Assembly (NCBI GenBank): GCA_964355135.1
Contig: CAYHCG010000006.1
Span: 9,453-73,452, forward strand
Direction: 5' to 3'
From: Candidatus Woesearchaeota archaeon
GTDB lineage: Archaea; Nanobdellota; Nanobdellia; Pacearchaeales; GW2011-AR1
DNA length: 64,000 nucleotides
Part shown: one piece after another, positions 42,321 through 50,634 of the stretch
Layout of the letters: every line of letters begins with the position of its first letter
How positions within the stretch are numbered: position 1 is the stretch's first letter
Notes under the pieces: generated by a model
The model's input: only the letters and a program-made list of their open reading frames with translations
Databases searched by the model: none
Told to the model about the DNA's origin: nothing
Position numbers and translations under genes: made by a program

Positions 42321-44258
42321 ATGAAGATGATTAATAATAAGGGTTTGAGTAGCGCAGTCATTATTACTCTTAGCGTTTTGCTAGTTATCGGCGCTACGGT
42401 TATAGTTTGGGAATTTATAGGGCCGGTTATAAAACATTTACGAGGGATAAATACTTTTTCTCCGACAGGCAATCTTTCTAGCGAGACTTCGGGAGACTGT
42501 ACATTAACAGAAGCAAACTGGAATAATGATAGTGGCCTAGAGGGAGAAACTCTTGGAATGAGTGTTGAAGGCGAGAATTGTGAAGGCAAAGAAATAACGT
42601 TTAGAGTTTTTGAAGGGGATTCTTCTAATGGGGATGATGATGTCAACCTTGCTCCTTCGCCTGATAAAGCGATATTTATCAATGGAAAAGCCGAGACTGT
42701 GTGGGTAGCTGAGTGGCAGGCTGACTGTAATGGATTATGCAATCCCCCTGAATACTTTTTTGAAGCTTCTCTATCTGAGCAAAAAATAGAAAGCAATTTA
42801 ATTGAAATCGGAAGGACAGAGGGAGACTTGTCCCCTTTAGAAGACTGCAAGACTATAAAGTATCACGGGGATGGAAGAGTGGACATTGTAATATTTGCCG
42901 AGGAGACCATTGCTAACCAATATGCAGAACACATGCTTAGCTTTTCTCCTTTAAATGAAAATAGAGGCGCATTTAACTTTTATTATATTGATGATTATAC
43001 TCCAGATTGTGAAATTTACAAGGGTATTGCTTTGTTATGCAGATCGAAAGAAATGGTAAAGAGAGCTGCATCCTGTCCTAATGATTATATTATGGTTGTT
43101 GAAAGTCATCCTAGCTATGTAAGAAGCTCTGCCTTTATGAATGTGATGAGTATTAATTCTAATTTACCTCCTGCAGAGGTTGTTCAGCATGAATTTGGAC
43201 ATGTTTTTGCTGCATTGGCTGAGGAATATACCCCAGCTATCTTGCCTAAAAACTCTAAAAATTGCGTTGAGAGTTGTGACGAATTTAACGTTAAGGATGG
43301 TTGTTATCAGGGATGTTCAAAAGGAGAGTTTTATAGATCGATAGAAAACGGTGTAATGAGAACATTATCTTCTAATGATTTTGGTATTTTTAACAAAAAA
43401 CTAATTTTAGAAAGATTAGAAGACTCTGTTTCTTCAAGTGTGCCAATAACCGGGGGAGTAATATTGGATCCTAGTGCATGCAATCAAGAAAATTATTATC
43501 TAATTGAGGGAAAATATGACGCCAGTACAAATGAGTTAGACTTGCATAAGGCGACTCTTCAACCTGGCTGCGCGGGTACTAATGGATATGGTGATGTTGA
43601 ATATACTATCATTGAAGACGGAGACGATATAATCGTGGAAGGAAGTTTTAATCCGGTATATATTTTTAGCGATGGAATTGGAGAAGAAGGAGTTAACGGA
43701 GAAATTGAGGGCGATACTTTCGTAAATGAAAAAGAGTTTTACTTGAAAATTCCTAAGCCTGCTACAAATGGAACTAATCTAACTATTTATCCTCCTCAGG
43801 GCGGAGGACCAAGCGGGACATGCTTCTTGCCTGATACGATGATTATTACCCCAAGTGGAAATAAAATGATCAAAGATATTAAAGAAGGAGATGTAGTAGT
43901 AAGTTATAATGAAGCAACTGGCGAGAGGGAAAACAACGCAGTAACAAAAGTATTCAGACATCAAACTGACTCTTACTTAATTATCAATGGTAAATTGAAG
44001 GTGACCGCAGAACATCCTATGATGGTTAATGGAATATGGCAGGAGATTGGCAAGGCTAGAGTAGGAGATGCGTTACAGACTGCAGATGGGCAGCATGTCG
44101 TATACTCGATAGAAGACGTAGAAGAAAGTGTTGAAGTATTCAATTTAGAAGTTGAACGTGATCACACTTATTATGCAGAAGGGTACTTAGCGCATAATAA
44201 GGGGCCTGGAGGGTTAAGCACTCATTTAACTGTAGGTGAGGACGAGTACATTCTTTAA
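42321..44258 (+). CDS. signal-anchored zinc metalloprotease (HEFGHVFAALAEEY, M64-like by eye) with C-terminal Hint domain
   Basis: N-terminal hydrophobic AVIITLSVLLVIGATVIVW. HExxH plus EEY. C-terminal CFLPDT...TAEHP...YLAHN. Confidence 0.85.
   Translation: MKMINNKGLSSAVIITLSVLLVIGATVIVWEFIGPVIKHLRGINTFSPTGNLSSETSGDCTLTEANWNNDSGLEGETLGMSVEGENCEGKEITFRVFEGDSSNGDDDVNLAPSPDKAIFINGKAETVWVAEWQADCNGLCNPPEYFFEASLSEQKIESNLIEIGRTEGDLSPLEDCKTIKYHGDGRVDIVIFAEETIANQYAEHMLSFSPLNENRGAFNFYYIDDYTPDCEIYKGIALLCRSKEMVKRAASCPNDYIMVVESHPSYVRSSAFMNVMSINSNLPPAEVVQHEFGHVFAALAEEYTPAILPKNSKNCVESCDEFNVKDGCYQGCSKGEFYRSIENGVMRTLSSNDFGIFNKKLILERLEDSVSSSVPITGGVILDPSACNQENYYLIEGKYDASTNELDLHKATLQPGCAGTNGYGDVEYTIIEDGDDIIVEGSFNPVYIFSDGIGEEGVNGEIEGDTFVNEKEFYLKIPKPATNGTNLTIYPPQGGGPSGTCFLPDTMIITPSGNKMIKDIKEGDVVVSYNEATGERENNAVTKVFRHQTDSYLIINGKLKVTAEHPMMVNGIWQEIGKARVGDALQTADGQHVVYSIEDVEESVEVFNLEVERDHTYYAEGYLAHNKGPGGLSTHLTVGEDEYIL
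43821..44198 (+). other. Hint (intein/Hedgehog-type) domain, 126 aa, followed by a 19-aa tail
   Basis: Cys1 in GT|CFLPDTMIITP (block A), KVTAEHPMMV (block B TxxH), VFNLEVERDHTYYAEGYLAHN (blocks F/G, terminal HN). The +1 residue is Lys. Confidence 0.8.
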
Positions 44259-44292
44259 ATGTAAATTTTAAATAGATAGCTTATTGTTTAGT

Positions 44293-45951
44293 ATGATGAA
44301 AAAGAGGATTTGCATAGGGTTTTTAGTTTTGGTATTTTTTTCTATGTTAACTGTCAAGGCTGAAACTGCATTTTCTCCACAGTTTAATGTCACGGTTAGT
44401 GTGGTTGGGTTACCTAGTCTTGTTGTTGAAAGTCCTCGCAATGAAACTTATTTTTCAAATGAATCATTAAAATTGAGGGTTTTAAGCAATGGAGACTTAA
44501 TTTGGCACAATCTAGATAATGGATTTAATTTTACTTACAACGGAGAAATCGATCTAGCTGCTACAGAAGGGGGACATGTTTTACATGTTTTTGCAAATAA
44601 TAGTTACGGGACTAGTAAGAAGAACGTTAGTTTTAATGTCAATTTAAGTCTCTTTAGAATTATATATGGGGAGTATAATGGCTCCTTTAAAGGAAATTCG
44701 ACTGATTTTAATGGTTTTAGTTTTAATCAAATACAGAATTTAGGCGGAATAATCTTAGAAAATACAAATTATGGGAAAATAACTTTCTTAGAAAACGTGA
44801 ACTTAACAGCGGATGCTAATGAATCGGATAAGACATTGAATCTGGATGCTTATAGTGAACTTAGTTTTAATAAAATTGAACTGGATACTCAAAACTTGCC
44901 TAATTTTAACAAGGGCGCAACTTTGATTTTTTACAATTTACCCTTTACGAATCCTAGAATTTTATTAAATGGGGCTGAGTGTCCTTTAACTGTTTGTACC
45001 TTATTAAGTTATAGTGGGGGAACCTTAGTATTTAATGCAAACTCTTTAGGGAGCTTTTCCATTGAAGAGGTTGTTGCACCTATAGATAATTCTGGGACGG
45101 GTACTTCTGGAGGGGGCGGAAGTTCGGGCGGAAGCTTTGGAAGCGTTTTAGTGAGAAATGAGTTTTCTATAGATAAAGAAAATATAGCTTTATCCCTAAA
45201 AAAGAGCACTGCGAGAAGAGAGCAGTTTATCATAGAAAATACCGCTAATAAAGATTTGAACATAAAGATAACTCATAATCTGGGCGATTTCTTAAGGTTG
45301 AATGAAAAAGAATTTATCCTTAAAAAGGGAGAGAAGAAAATTATTTTGGCTGATTTTCTGGTTCTAGAAGACAAGAAAGAGGATATTTATCTTGGTAAAA
45401 TAATTGTATCGAGTCAAAGTACTACAAAGGAAGTTCTTGTCGCAATTGAAGTTGAATCTAGAAACCCCTTATTTGATATTAAAGTATCGATTCCAGAAGA
45501 TTATCTGAAAATTAAGCCGGGAGGGGAACTCGTTGCAGAAGTTAGCTTATTGAATATAGAAAGAGTTGGAATAGTCGATACAGAGATAAATTACATAATT
45601 AAGGATAGTGAAGACAACATTGTTCTAAATGAACATGAAACTGTGGCTGTGGAAACTCAATCAAGTTTTGTGAAGAAATTTAGGCTAGCAGGAACTCTCA
45701 AAGAAGGAGAATATGTATTGTATGCTAATGTAGCTTACTCTGGACAAGTAGGGAGTAGCAGCGCATTTTTTATGATTGACAAGGGCAAAGAAATTTCTCC
45801 ACGGTTAGCGTATATTTTAATTTTGTTGATTGTCTTGCTTACACTTATCTTATTTATTATAAAACGTCGTAAAAAAGATGATCAAAATCCTCCAAATAAA
45901 AAACAAGGAAGAAGGAGAAAGTTTTACTCTTCAACATTAAATAAAGATTGA
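44293..45951 (+). CDS. secreted beta-rich protein with Gly-rich linker and C-terminal TM plus basic tail
   Basis: Signal peptide FLVLVFFSMLTVKAET. Linker GTGTSGGGGSSGGSFGS. C-terminus LAYILILLIVLLTLILFIIKRRKK. The C-terminal half resembles 61584..62786. Confidence 0.7.
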   Translation: MMKKRICIGFLVLVFFSMLTVKAETAFSPQFNVTVSVVGLPSLVVESPRNETYFSNESLKLRVLSNGDLIWHNLDNGFNFTYNGEIDLAATEGGHVLHVFANNSYGTSKKNVSFNVNLSLFRIIYGEYNGSFKGNSTDFNGFSFNQIQNLGGIILENTNYGKITFLENVNLTADANESDKTLNLDAYSELSFNKIELDTQNLPNFNKGATLIFYNLPFTNPRILLNGAECPLTVCTLLSYSGGTLVFNANSLGSFSIEEVVAPIDNSGTGTSGGGGSSGGSFGSVLVRNEFSIDKENIALSLKKSTARREQFIIENTANKDLNIKITHNLGDFLRLNEKEFILKKGEKKIILADFLVLEDKKEDIYLGKIIVSSQSTTKEVLVAIEVESRNPLFDIKVSIPEDYLKIKPGGELVAEVSLLNIERVGIVDTEINYIIKDSEDNIVLNEHETVAVETQSSFVKKFRLAGTLKEGEYVLYANVAYSGQVGSSSAFFMIDKGKEISPRLAYILILLIVLLTLILFIIKRRKKDDQNPPNKKQGRRRKFYSSTLNKD

Positions 45952-45997
45952 TTAGAGAATTAGCAACTTTTAAATATTTATTAAATCTGCTCCAACT

Positions 45998-47416
45998 ATG
46001 AAAAAGGGGACTATTATTTTATTTATATCTCTATTGTTTATTTTCTCTATTTTCAATGTTAGCGCAGGGATATTTGATTCTATAACTGGGAGAGCAACAA
46101 CACAGCACACCAATGTTTCTGTGACTATAAGTGGCGCTCCATCTTTGGGAAGTATTGAAAATCTAATTCTCGCATGTGAAAGTTCCTCTTTGTCTTATAA
46201 ATTTAATGCAACCGACAGTCCTTCAGAAATACTAAGCTTTTCTCTAAGCAGCTCTGATCCATTTTTTGTGCAGACATTTTCTTCAACAACTAATTCTAGC
46301 AATGTAATCTATACGGGAGAATTATTTTCGACTACACTAGTCAAAAGCCAGGCAGCTCTGAATTATTCTAGAACGATTTTTGTTACTGATGGAACTTTCA
46401 GCGATAGCAAGGCGATCAATATTAGCGTTATTGAAATTAACAATGCTCCTTCGATGACTGCTATAGCGACTCAGAGCGTTAATGTGAGCGGGGGGAGCGT
46501 TAATTTCTATTATAAGGTAAACGTTAGCGATACAGAGAATGGGAATCAGGATTCAGGAAATATATCATTTAATTCAACTTTTACCTCTGGCGCAGAACTA
46601 TTCAATATAAGTGCTGCAGGAATAATTAATAAAACTTTTACTAGCGCAGATGTTGGAAGTTATTCTATACGGGTTTGCGCAACAGACTTGGGAATTCCTA
46701 GTTCACGAAGACATCCAAATATAACTTATTGCGGTCAGGGAGATGGAACTAATAGTTCGGATTGTGAGAGTTTTACTTTGACCATTAGCCAGACTTCTTC
46801 CAGTTCTTCACCTAGCTCGAGTTCTGCTGGCGGAAGTAGTAGCGGAGGCGGAGGAATTTCCTGTTTATCAAAGTGGGGTTGTAAAGAATGGGGCACTTGC
46901 CAAAATGCCTTTGCGGCTTTGCAAAGTGGTATTTTAACCGGAGAGGATTATAGAATAATAGACGCATATTGCATTCTTAATGGATGGGAAGACGAAGAAA
47001 GGTGTGGATTTACAGAAAGGACATGCATCGATGTCAATTCTTGCAATAACGATCAGAGTAAACCCCTTGAAGTTGGAGCATGCTTTTATACACAAGACCC
47101 CTCATGCACAGACGGAATAAAGAACTGTCATTCGGAACAGTGCGAGTTTTTAGTCGATTGTGGTGGCCCTTGTGGAGCTTGCGCAACTTGTTCTGATGCC
47201 GTGCGAAATCAGGGAGAGGAAGGGATAGATTGCGGAGGACCATGTCCCGATCTTTGTATTGCTTTTGCTTCTCCGGGTGACTCTATTTTTGAACCTTTTA
47301 AGAATTTTGACAAAATGAGAGTTGCAGTCATTGGATTAGTCTTGAGCATATTTTCTGCTTTGTTTATAGTTCTAGCCATAAAACTTGCTAGAGTTATGAA
47401 GTTAAGCAGAGGTTAA
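45998..47416 (+). CDS. secreted protein with cadherin-like repeats, Ser-rich linker, Cys-rich CGGPC modules and C-terminal TM
   Basis: Signal peptide ...FNVSAG. VIEINNAPSMTAI (cadherin-like DxNDxAP position). SSSSSPSSSSAGGSSSGGGG. DCGGPCGAC and DCGGPCPDLC. C-terminus VAVIGLVLSIFSALFIVLAIKLARV. Confidence 0.7.
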   Translation: MKKGTIILFISLLFIFSIFNVSAGIFDSITGRATTQHTNVSVTISGAPSLGSIENLILACESSSLSYKFNATDSPSEILSFSLSSSDPFFVQTFSSTTNSSNVIYTGELFSTTLVKSQAALNYSRTIFVTDGTFSDSKAINISVIEINNAPSMTAIATQSVNVSGGSVNFYYKVNVSDTENGNQDSGNISFNSTFTSGAELFNISAAGIINKTFTSADVGSYSIRVCATDLGIPSSRRHPNITYCGQGDGTNSSDCESFTLTISQTSSSSSPSSSSAGGSSSGGGGISCLSKWGCKEWGTCQNAFAALQSGILTGEDYRIIDAYCILNGWEDEERCGFTERTCIDVNSCNNDQSKPLEVGACFYTQDPSCTDGIKNCHSEQCEFLVDCGGPCGACATCSDAVRNQGEEGIDCGGPCPDLCIAFASPGDSIFEPFKNFDKMRVAVIGLVLSIFSALFIVLAIKLARVMKLSRG

Positions 47417-47736
47417 TTAATTGTTTGTATATAAAGTATATCTACTTTATAGAACAATAGTTATTTTATACGAAATGAATTCGTCTAAAATAAGAATTCA
47501 TGAGAAACTTGCTTTCGAATGAATTACTATCTGTGCTTAAGCACCTATGCGCGAATAGCGCATTAACTTGTTGTATATAAAGTATATCTACTTTATAGGA
47601 ATTTAGCTATTTTGTTTGAAGCATCAAGATGCAATACATCTTGAACGAAGTGAATTCGTATAAAATAAGAATTTATTCAAAATTTACTTTTGAACTAAAT
47701 TACTAAATGTGCGTAAGCACTTTGTCTAACAAGGCA
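47414..47736. repeat. tandemly duplicated intergenic unit (~147 and ~170 nt) rich in hairpins
   Basis: TGTATATAAAGTATATCTACTTTATAG is identical at 47425-47451 and 47571-47597, and each unit ends GCATTAA(A)C. Hairpins are GTGCTTAAGCAC / GTGCGTAAGCAC, ATGCGC-GAATA-GCGCAT, and in unit 2 TCAAGATG-CAATA-CATCTTGA. Confidence 0.7.
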
Positions 47737-50634
47737 TTAAACAATATCTGAACCTGGAGGAAGAGGCCCCTTGTTATGAACTAAAAAGTCTTCTGCGAAG
47801 TAATTGTGGTTGTTTTCAACTTGTAGATTGAATACTTCTACACTGTTTTTTATTTGCTTTATGGAAAATATTGTTTCTTCTCCATTGTTCAATGTTCTGA
47901 TATTATCTCCTATATTTGCTGAACCTATTTCTTGCCATTGATTATTGACAAATATAGGATGATTTGGAGTAACTTTGAGTTTTCCATTAATAATTAAATA
48001 AGATTCGGTCTGATGTTTGAATACTTTAGTAACTTTGTTACTTTCCATCTTATTGCTTACTTCATTATAACTTACTACTACGTCTCCTTCTTTAATGTCT
48101 TTTATCATTGCTTTTCCATTTTCTGTGGAAATCATAGTATCGGGCAAGAAACAAGCTCCCGAAGTAGGAGGATTTCTTACACAAGTGCCCCATTGACAAG
48201 ATGAATTACAAATCTTAGTTCCTGCTGCTCCATAACCTGCATCGCAATTCGTTTTCTTTCCTATAGGTTCACATTGTTCTCCCGCATCAATTATTCCATT
48301 GTTGCAACCTGCTGGGAAAGTAATTACTAATTGAGGTGTTGGATAAGTTGCATAATTCCCATCTGCGGGATGATAATTAATTTGTAAAATTGCATCCGTC
48401 CCAGGAACAAGGCCTGTAATATCATAACCTCCTCTAATGCCTAATACTGTCCAGGCGTTACCTCCTCTATTTATCCAGGATAATTCGGATAATGCCAAAT
48501 TGTTTATTCCACTAGAACCTTGGAAGATCGGAACTGAAATTGGGGATAGGGTTGTAAATTTGCTATAATCGCTCATTCCAAAGTTTGGAGGGGCCAACAG
48601 ATCAATTTTTGCAAGCTTTATATAATTTAAGCTGGAAGGTGAAGCGTTTGCTGACATAACAGATTGATGTATTTCTACTTTTGCAGATTGTATATTAATT
48701 GTTGTTGGGATAAGAGAAGTTTTAAATGGTAAGATGATTCTAGTAATTTCATTGTTATTGGTGAGAGTTTGTGCGTTTCTTAATTGCATGAGGGGTAAAG
48801 AACTATATTGATTGACATATGATCCTGCGGATAATGCTCTTAAGTTATCGAAACCTCCATTGTTTCCATTTATAGATTCGGCTCTGATGAACCCATCTAA
48901 GGAAACTGAAGGGATTTTTATTGTACAAGTTGTAGAGGTACATACAGTATTAATTTTACAATCATTTTTACAATAATCGGCATTGTTAGTATTGCTATCA
49001 TCACATTGCTCGCTCAAATAATTGAAGTATCCGTCTCCGCAAGTGTTATTGACACAATTATTACGGCAATTATCCCCGTTATTTGTGTTGCCATCATCAC
49101 ATTGTTCTCCTATTTCTAAAACTCCATTAGAGCAAGATGCTGGAGTCTGACCTGTACAATCTGAATTACATTGAAGAGGGTCGCCATTTAAAGAAAGGCC
49201 ATCATCACAAATTTCTTGACCATTTATTTTTCCATCACCGCAGGATTGTATTGGATTACAAGTATGGATGTTAGTGCATTGTAAGTTGCAATCTGCTGTC
49301 CCCAAGTAGCCTTGTTGATTATAACAAGAAGTACTTCCCCCATCACAAAACTCATTTAAATCTAGACGTCCATTTGAGCATGAGGGCCCTCTACACAAAT
49401 CTCCCAAGATATTGCAATCGCCAAAACCACACGGATCATTACTACATGCAACTAAATCTGAATTATAGTCTTCACATTTGTTTTTATTTAAACATGTGTT
49501 TGGATTGTTAGTAATAACACAATTATTTGAACAAGCATCATTATCAATTTGATTTCCATCATCACATTCTTCATATCCATAATTAAGAATTCCTCCTAAA
49601 CCTTTGCCATTAGGAGTTTGCAAGACTGAATCTCCGCAATAGGTTAAGGCGCAGGATTCATTACATTGATCAAAGTTAGCATTAACTCCAGAATCATCAC
49701 ATTCTTCTGGAGTTTCTAAAACTCCATTGCCACAACCAGGAGATAAAGTATAAACTACCTTTAAATTAGGATGAAAAGAGGTTTGAGGGTAATTTGAAGA
49801 TGTGAAACTAAACATTATATCTTCTCTATTATCCGATTGAGTTCCTCCTAATAGGTCTCTGCCAGTTATTAATCCTATATTTGTAAATCCGATTTTATTA
49901 ATCTTTGTTAGACCAAAATCGTTAAATGGAAGATCTAAAAATTGTCCAATATATCCATCTAATAATATTCTATCTGTCGAGTCTATTATTTCTGAATTAA
50001 ATTTATTAAAGTCTGAATTTGTTAGTGATTGGGGATTTGATGGATTGGCTTCTACAAGGGTTATAAAATTATTTGATTCGGTAGAATAATAATAGTGGAA
50101 TGTTGGTTTAATAGATAACGTGGATGATTGAATTAATGCATTTTTTGGAATTAGTTTTGTGTCAAATGATAAAAGAGATCTATATAATTCGGATGATATT
50201 GCAGAAGAAGAAAATATTCTTGATTCTGCATTTAATGAAGTACTCATTTTTGATACAAGATTTGAAGTTGGAGAATTTCTTAAATCGTTAAAATTATTAG
50301 TTAACATAGATTTTTGGAAAGTTGAATCTTCAGGGAGGGAATTTAAATTTGATTCGCAATGGTTTTCGGTTGGATTAAAGGTGTCAGTGGGTGCGCATTT
50401 AATGTCTCCAGAGATGTTTACTATTAGATAATTTTCATTTGCTTCCAGAGTTGTGATTGTAATTCCATTTGCAGAGTCTGTGAATGTTTGTTCCAGAAGA
50501 AGAGCTGCGGTGAGTAAATTTCCTCCGATTTGTGTTGGCAGGGTGAGATCAAGAAGTTGTGTATCTCCACCATCAACGTCTTTTTTCCATTGTATTCGAG
50601 CACCCTCATAACTGTAAGGAAGGTAGTCTCCCAT
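47737..50634 (-). CDS. C-terminal portion (965 aa) of a frameshift-split surface protein: Cys-rich CGDG..EECDDGN repeats plus terminal Hint domain
   Basis: At least five repeats of the type CGNGVLETPEECDDSG...C / CGDGKINGQEICDDG...C (Myxococcus-type Cys-rich repeat pattern). C-terminal Hint domain. The frame stays open upstream of the listed ATG to 50679. Confidence 0.75.
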   Translation of the reverse strand: MGDYLPYSYEGARIQWKKDVDGGDTQLLDLTLPTQIGGNLLTAALLLEQTFTDSANGITITTLEANENYLIVNISGDIKCAPTDTFNPTENHCESNLNSLPEDSTFQKSMLTNNFNDLRNSPTSNLVSKMSTSLNAESRIFSSSAISSELYRSLLSFDTKLIPKNALIQSSTLSIKPTFHYYYSTESNNFITLVEANPSNPQSLTNSDFNKFNSEIIDSTDRILLDGYIGQFLDLPFNDFGLTKINKIGFTNIGLITGRDLLGGTQSDNREDIMFSFTSSNYPQTSFHPNLKVVYTLSPGCGNGVLETPEECDDSGVNANFDQCNESCALTYCGDSVLQTPNGKGLGGILNYGYEECDDGNQIDNDACSNNCVITNNPNTCLNKNKCEDYNSDLVACSNDPCGFGDCNILGDLCRGPSCSNGRLDLNEFCDGGSTSCYNQQGYLGTADCNLQCTNIHTCNPIQSCGDGKINGQEICDDGLSLNGDPLQCNSDCTGQTPASCSNGVLEIGEQCDDGNTNNGDNCRNNCVNNTCGDGYFNYLSEQCDDSNTNNADYCKNDCKINTVCTSTTCTIKIPSVSLDGFIRAESINGNNGGFDNLRALSAGSYVNQYSSLPLMQLRNAQTLTNNNEITRIILPFKTSLIPTTINIQSAKVEIHQSVMSANASPSSLNYIKLAKIDLLAPPNFGMSDYSKFTTLSPISVPIFQGSSGINNLALSELSWINRGGNAWTVLGIRGGYDITGLVPGTDAILQINYHPADGNYATYPTPQLVITFPAGCNNGIIDAGEQCEPIGKKTNCDAGYGAAGTKICNSSCQWGTCVRNPPTSGACFLPDTMISTENGKAMIKDIKEGDVVVSYNEVSNKMESNKVTKVFKHQTESYLIINGKLKVTPNHPIFVNNQWQEIGSANIGDNIRTLNNGEETIFSIKQIKNSVEVFNLQVENNHNYFAEDFLVHNKGPLPPGSDIV
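47773..48153 (-). other. Hint domain, 127 aa, followed by an 11-aa tail
   Basis: GA|CFLPDTMISTE, KVTPNHPIFV, VFNLQVENNHNYFAEDFLVHN. The +1 residue is Lys (KGPLPPGSDIV). Close paralog of 43821..44198 at the DNA level too. Confidence 0.8.

Noticed and set aside
42299-42850. 183-aa minus-strand ORF
   Set aside because: It lies antisense to the 5' part of the metalloprotease-Hint gene. It is a Ser/Pro-rich shadow frame.
43821-44198. Reading the Hint domains as true splicing inteins
   Set aside because: The residue after the terminal HN is Lys in both copies. Only 11-19 residues follow, and there is no homing endonuclease insert. A cleavage or transfer-type Hint/BIL domain fits better than protein splicing.
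14367-47660. The repeated hairpins as a CRISPR array
   Set aside because: There are only isolated copies tens of kb apart, with no regular repeat-spacer periodicity and no cas genes.
50424-50634. The 210-nt overlap of ORFs 50424-51821 and 47737-50634 as genuinely overlapping genes
   Set aside because: The tail of the upstream ORF translates to implausible sequence, while the downstream frame continues sensibly upstream of its listed ATG. A frameshift in one gene is the simpler reading.
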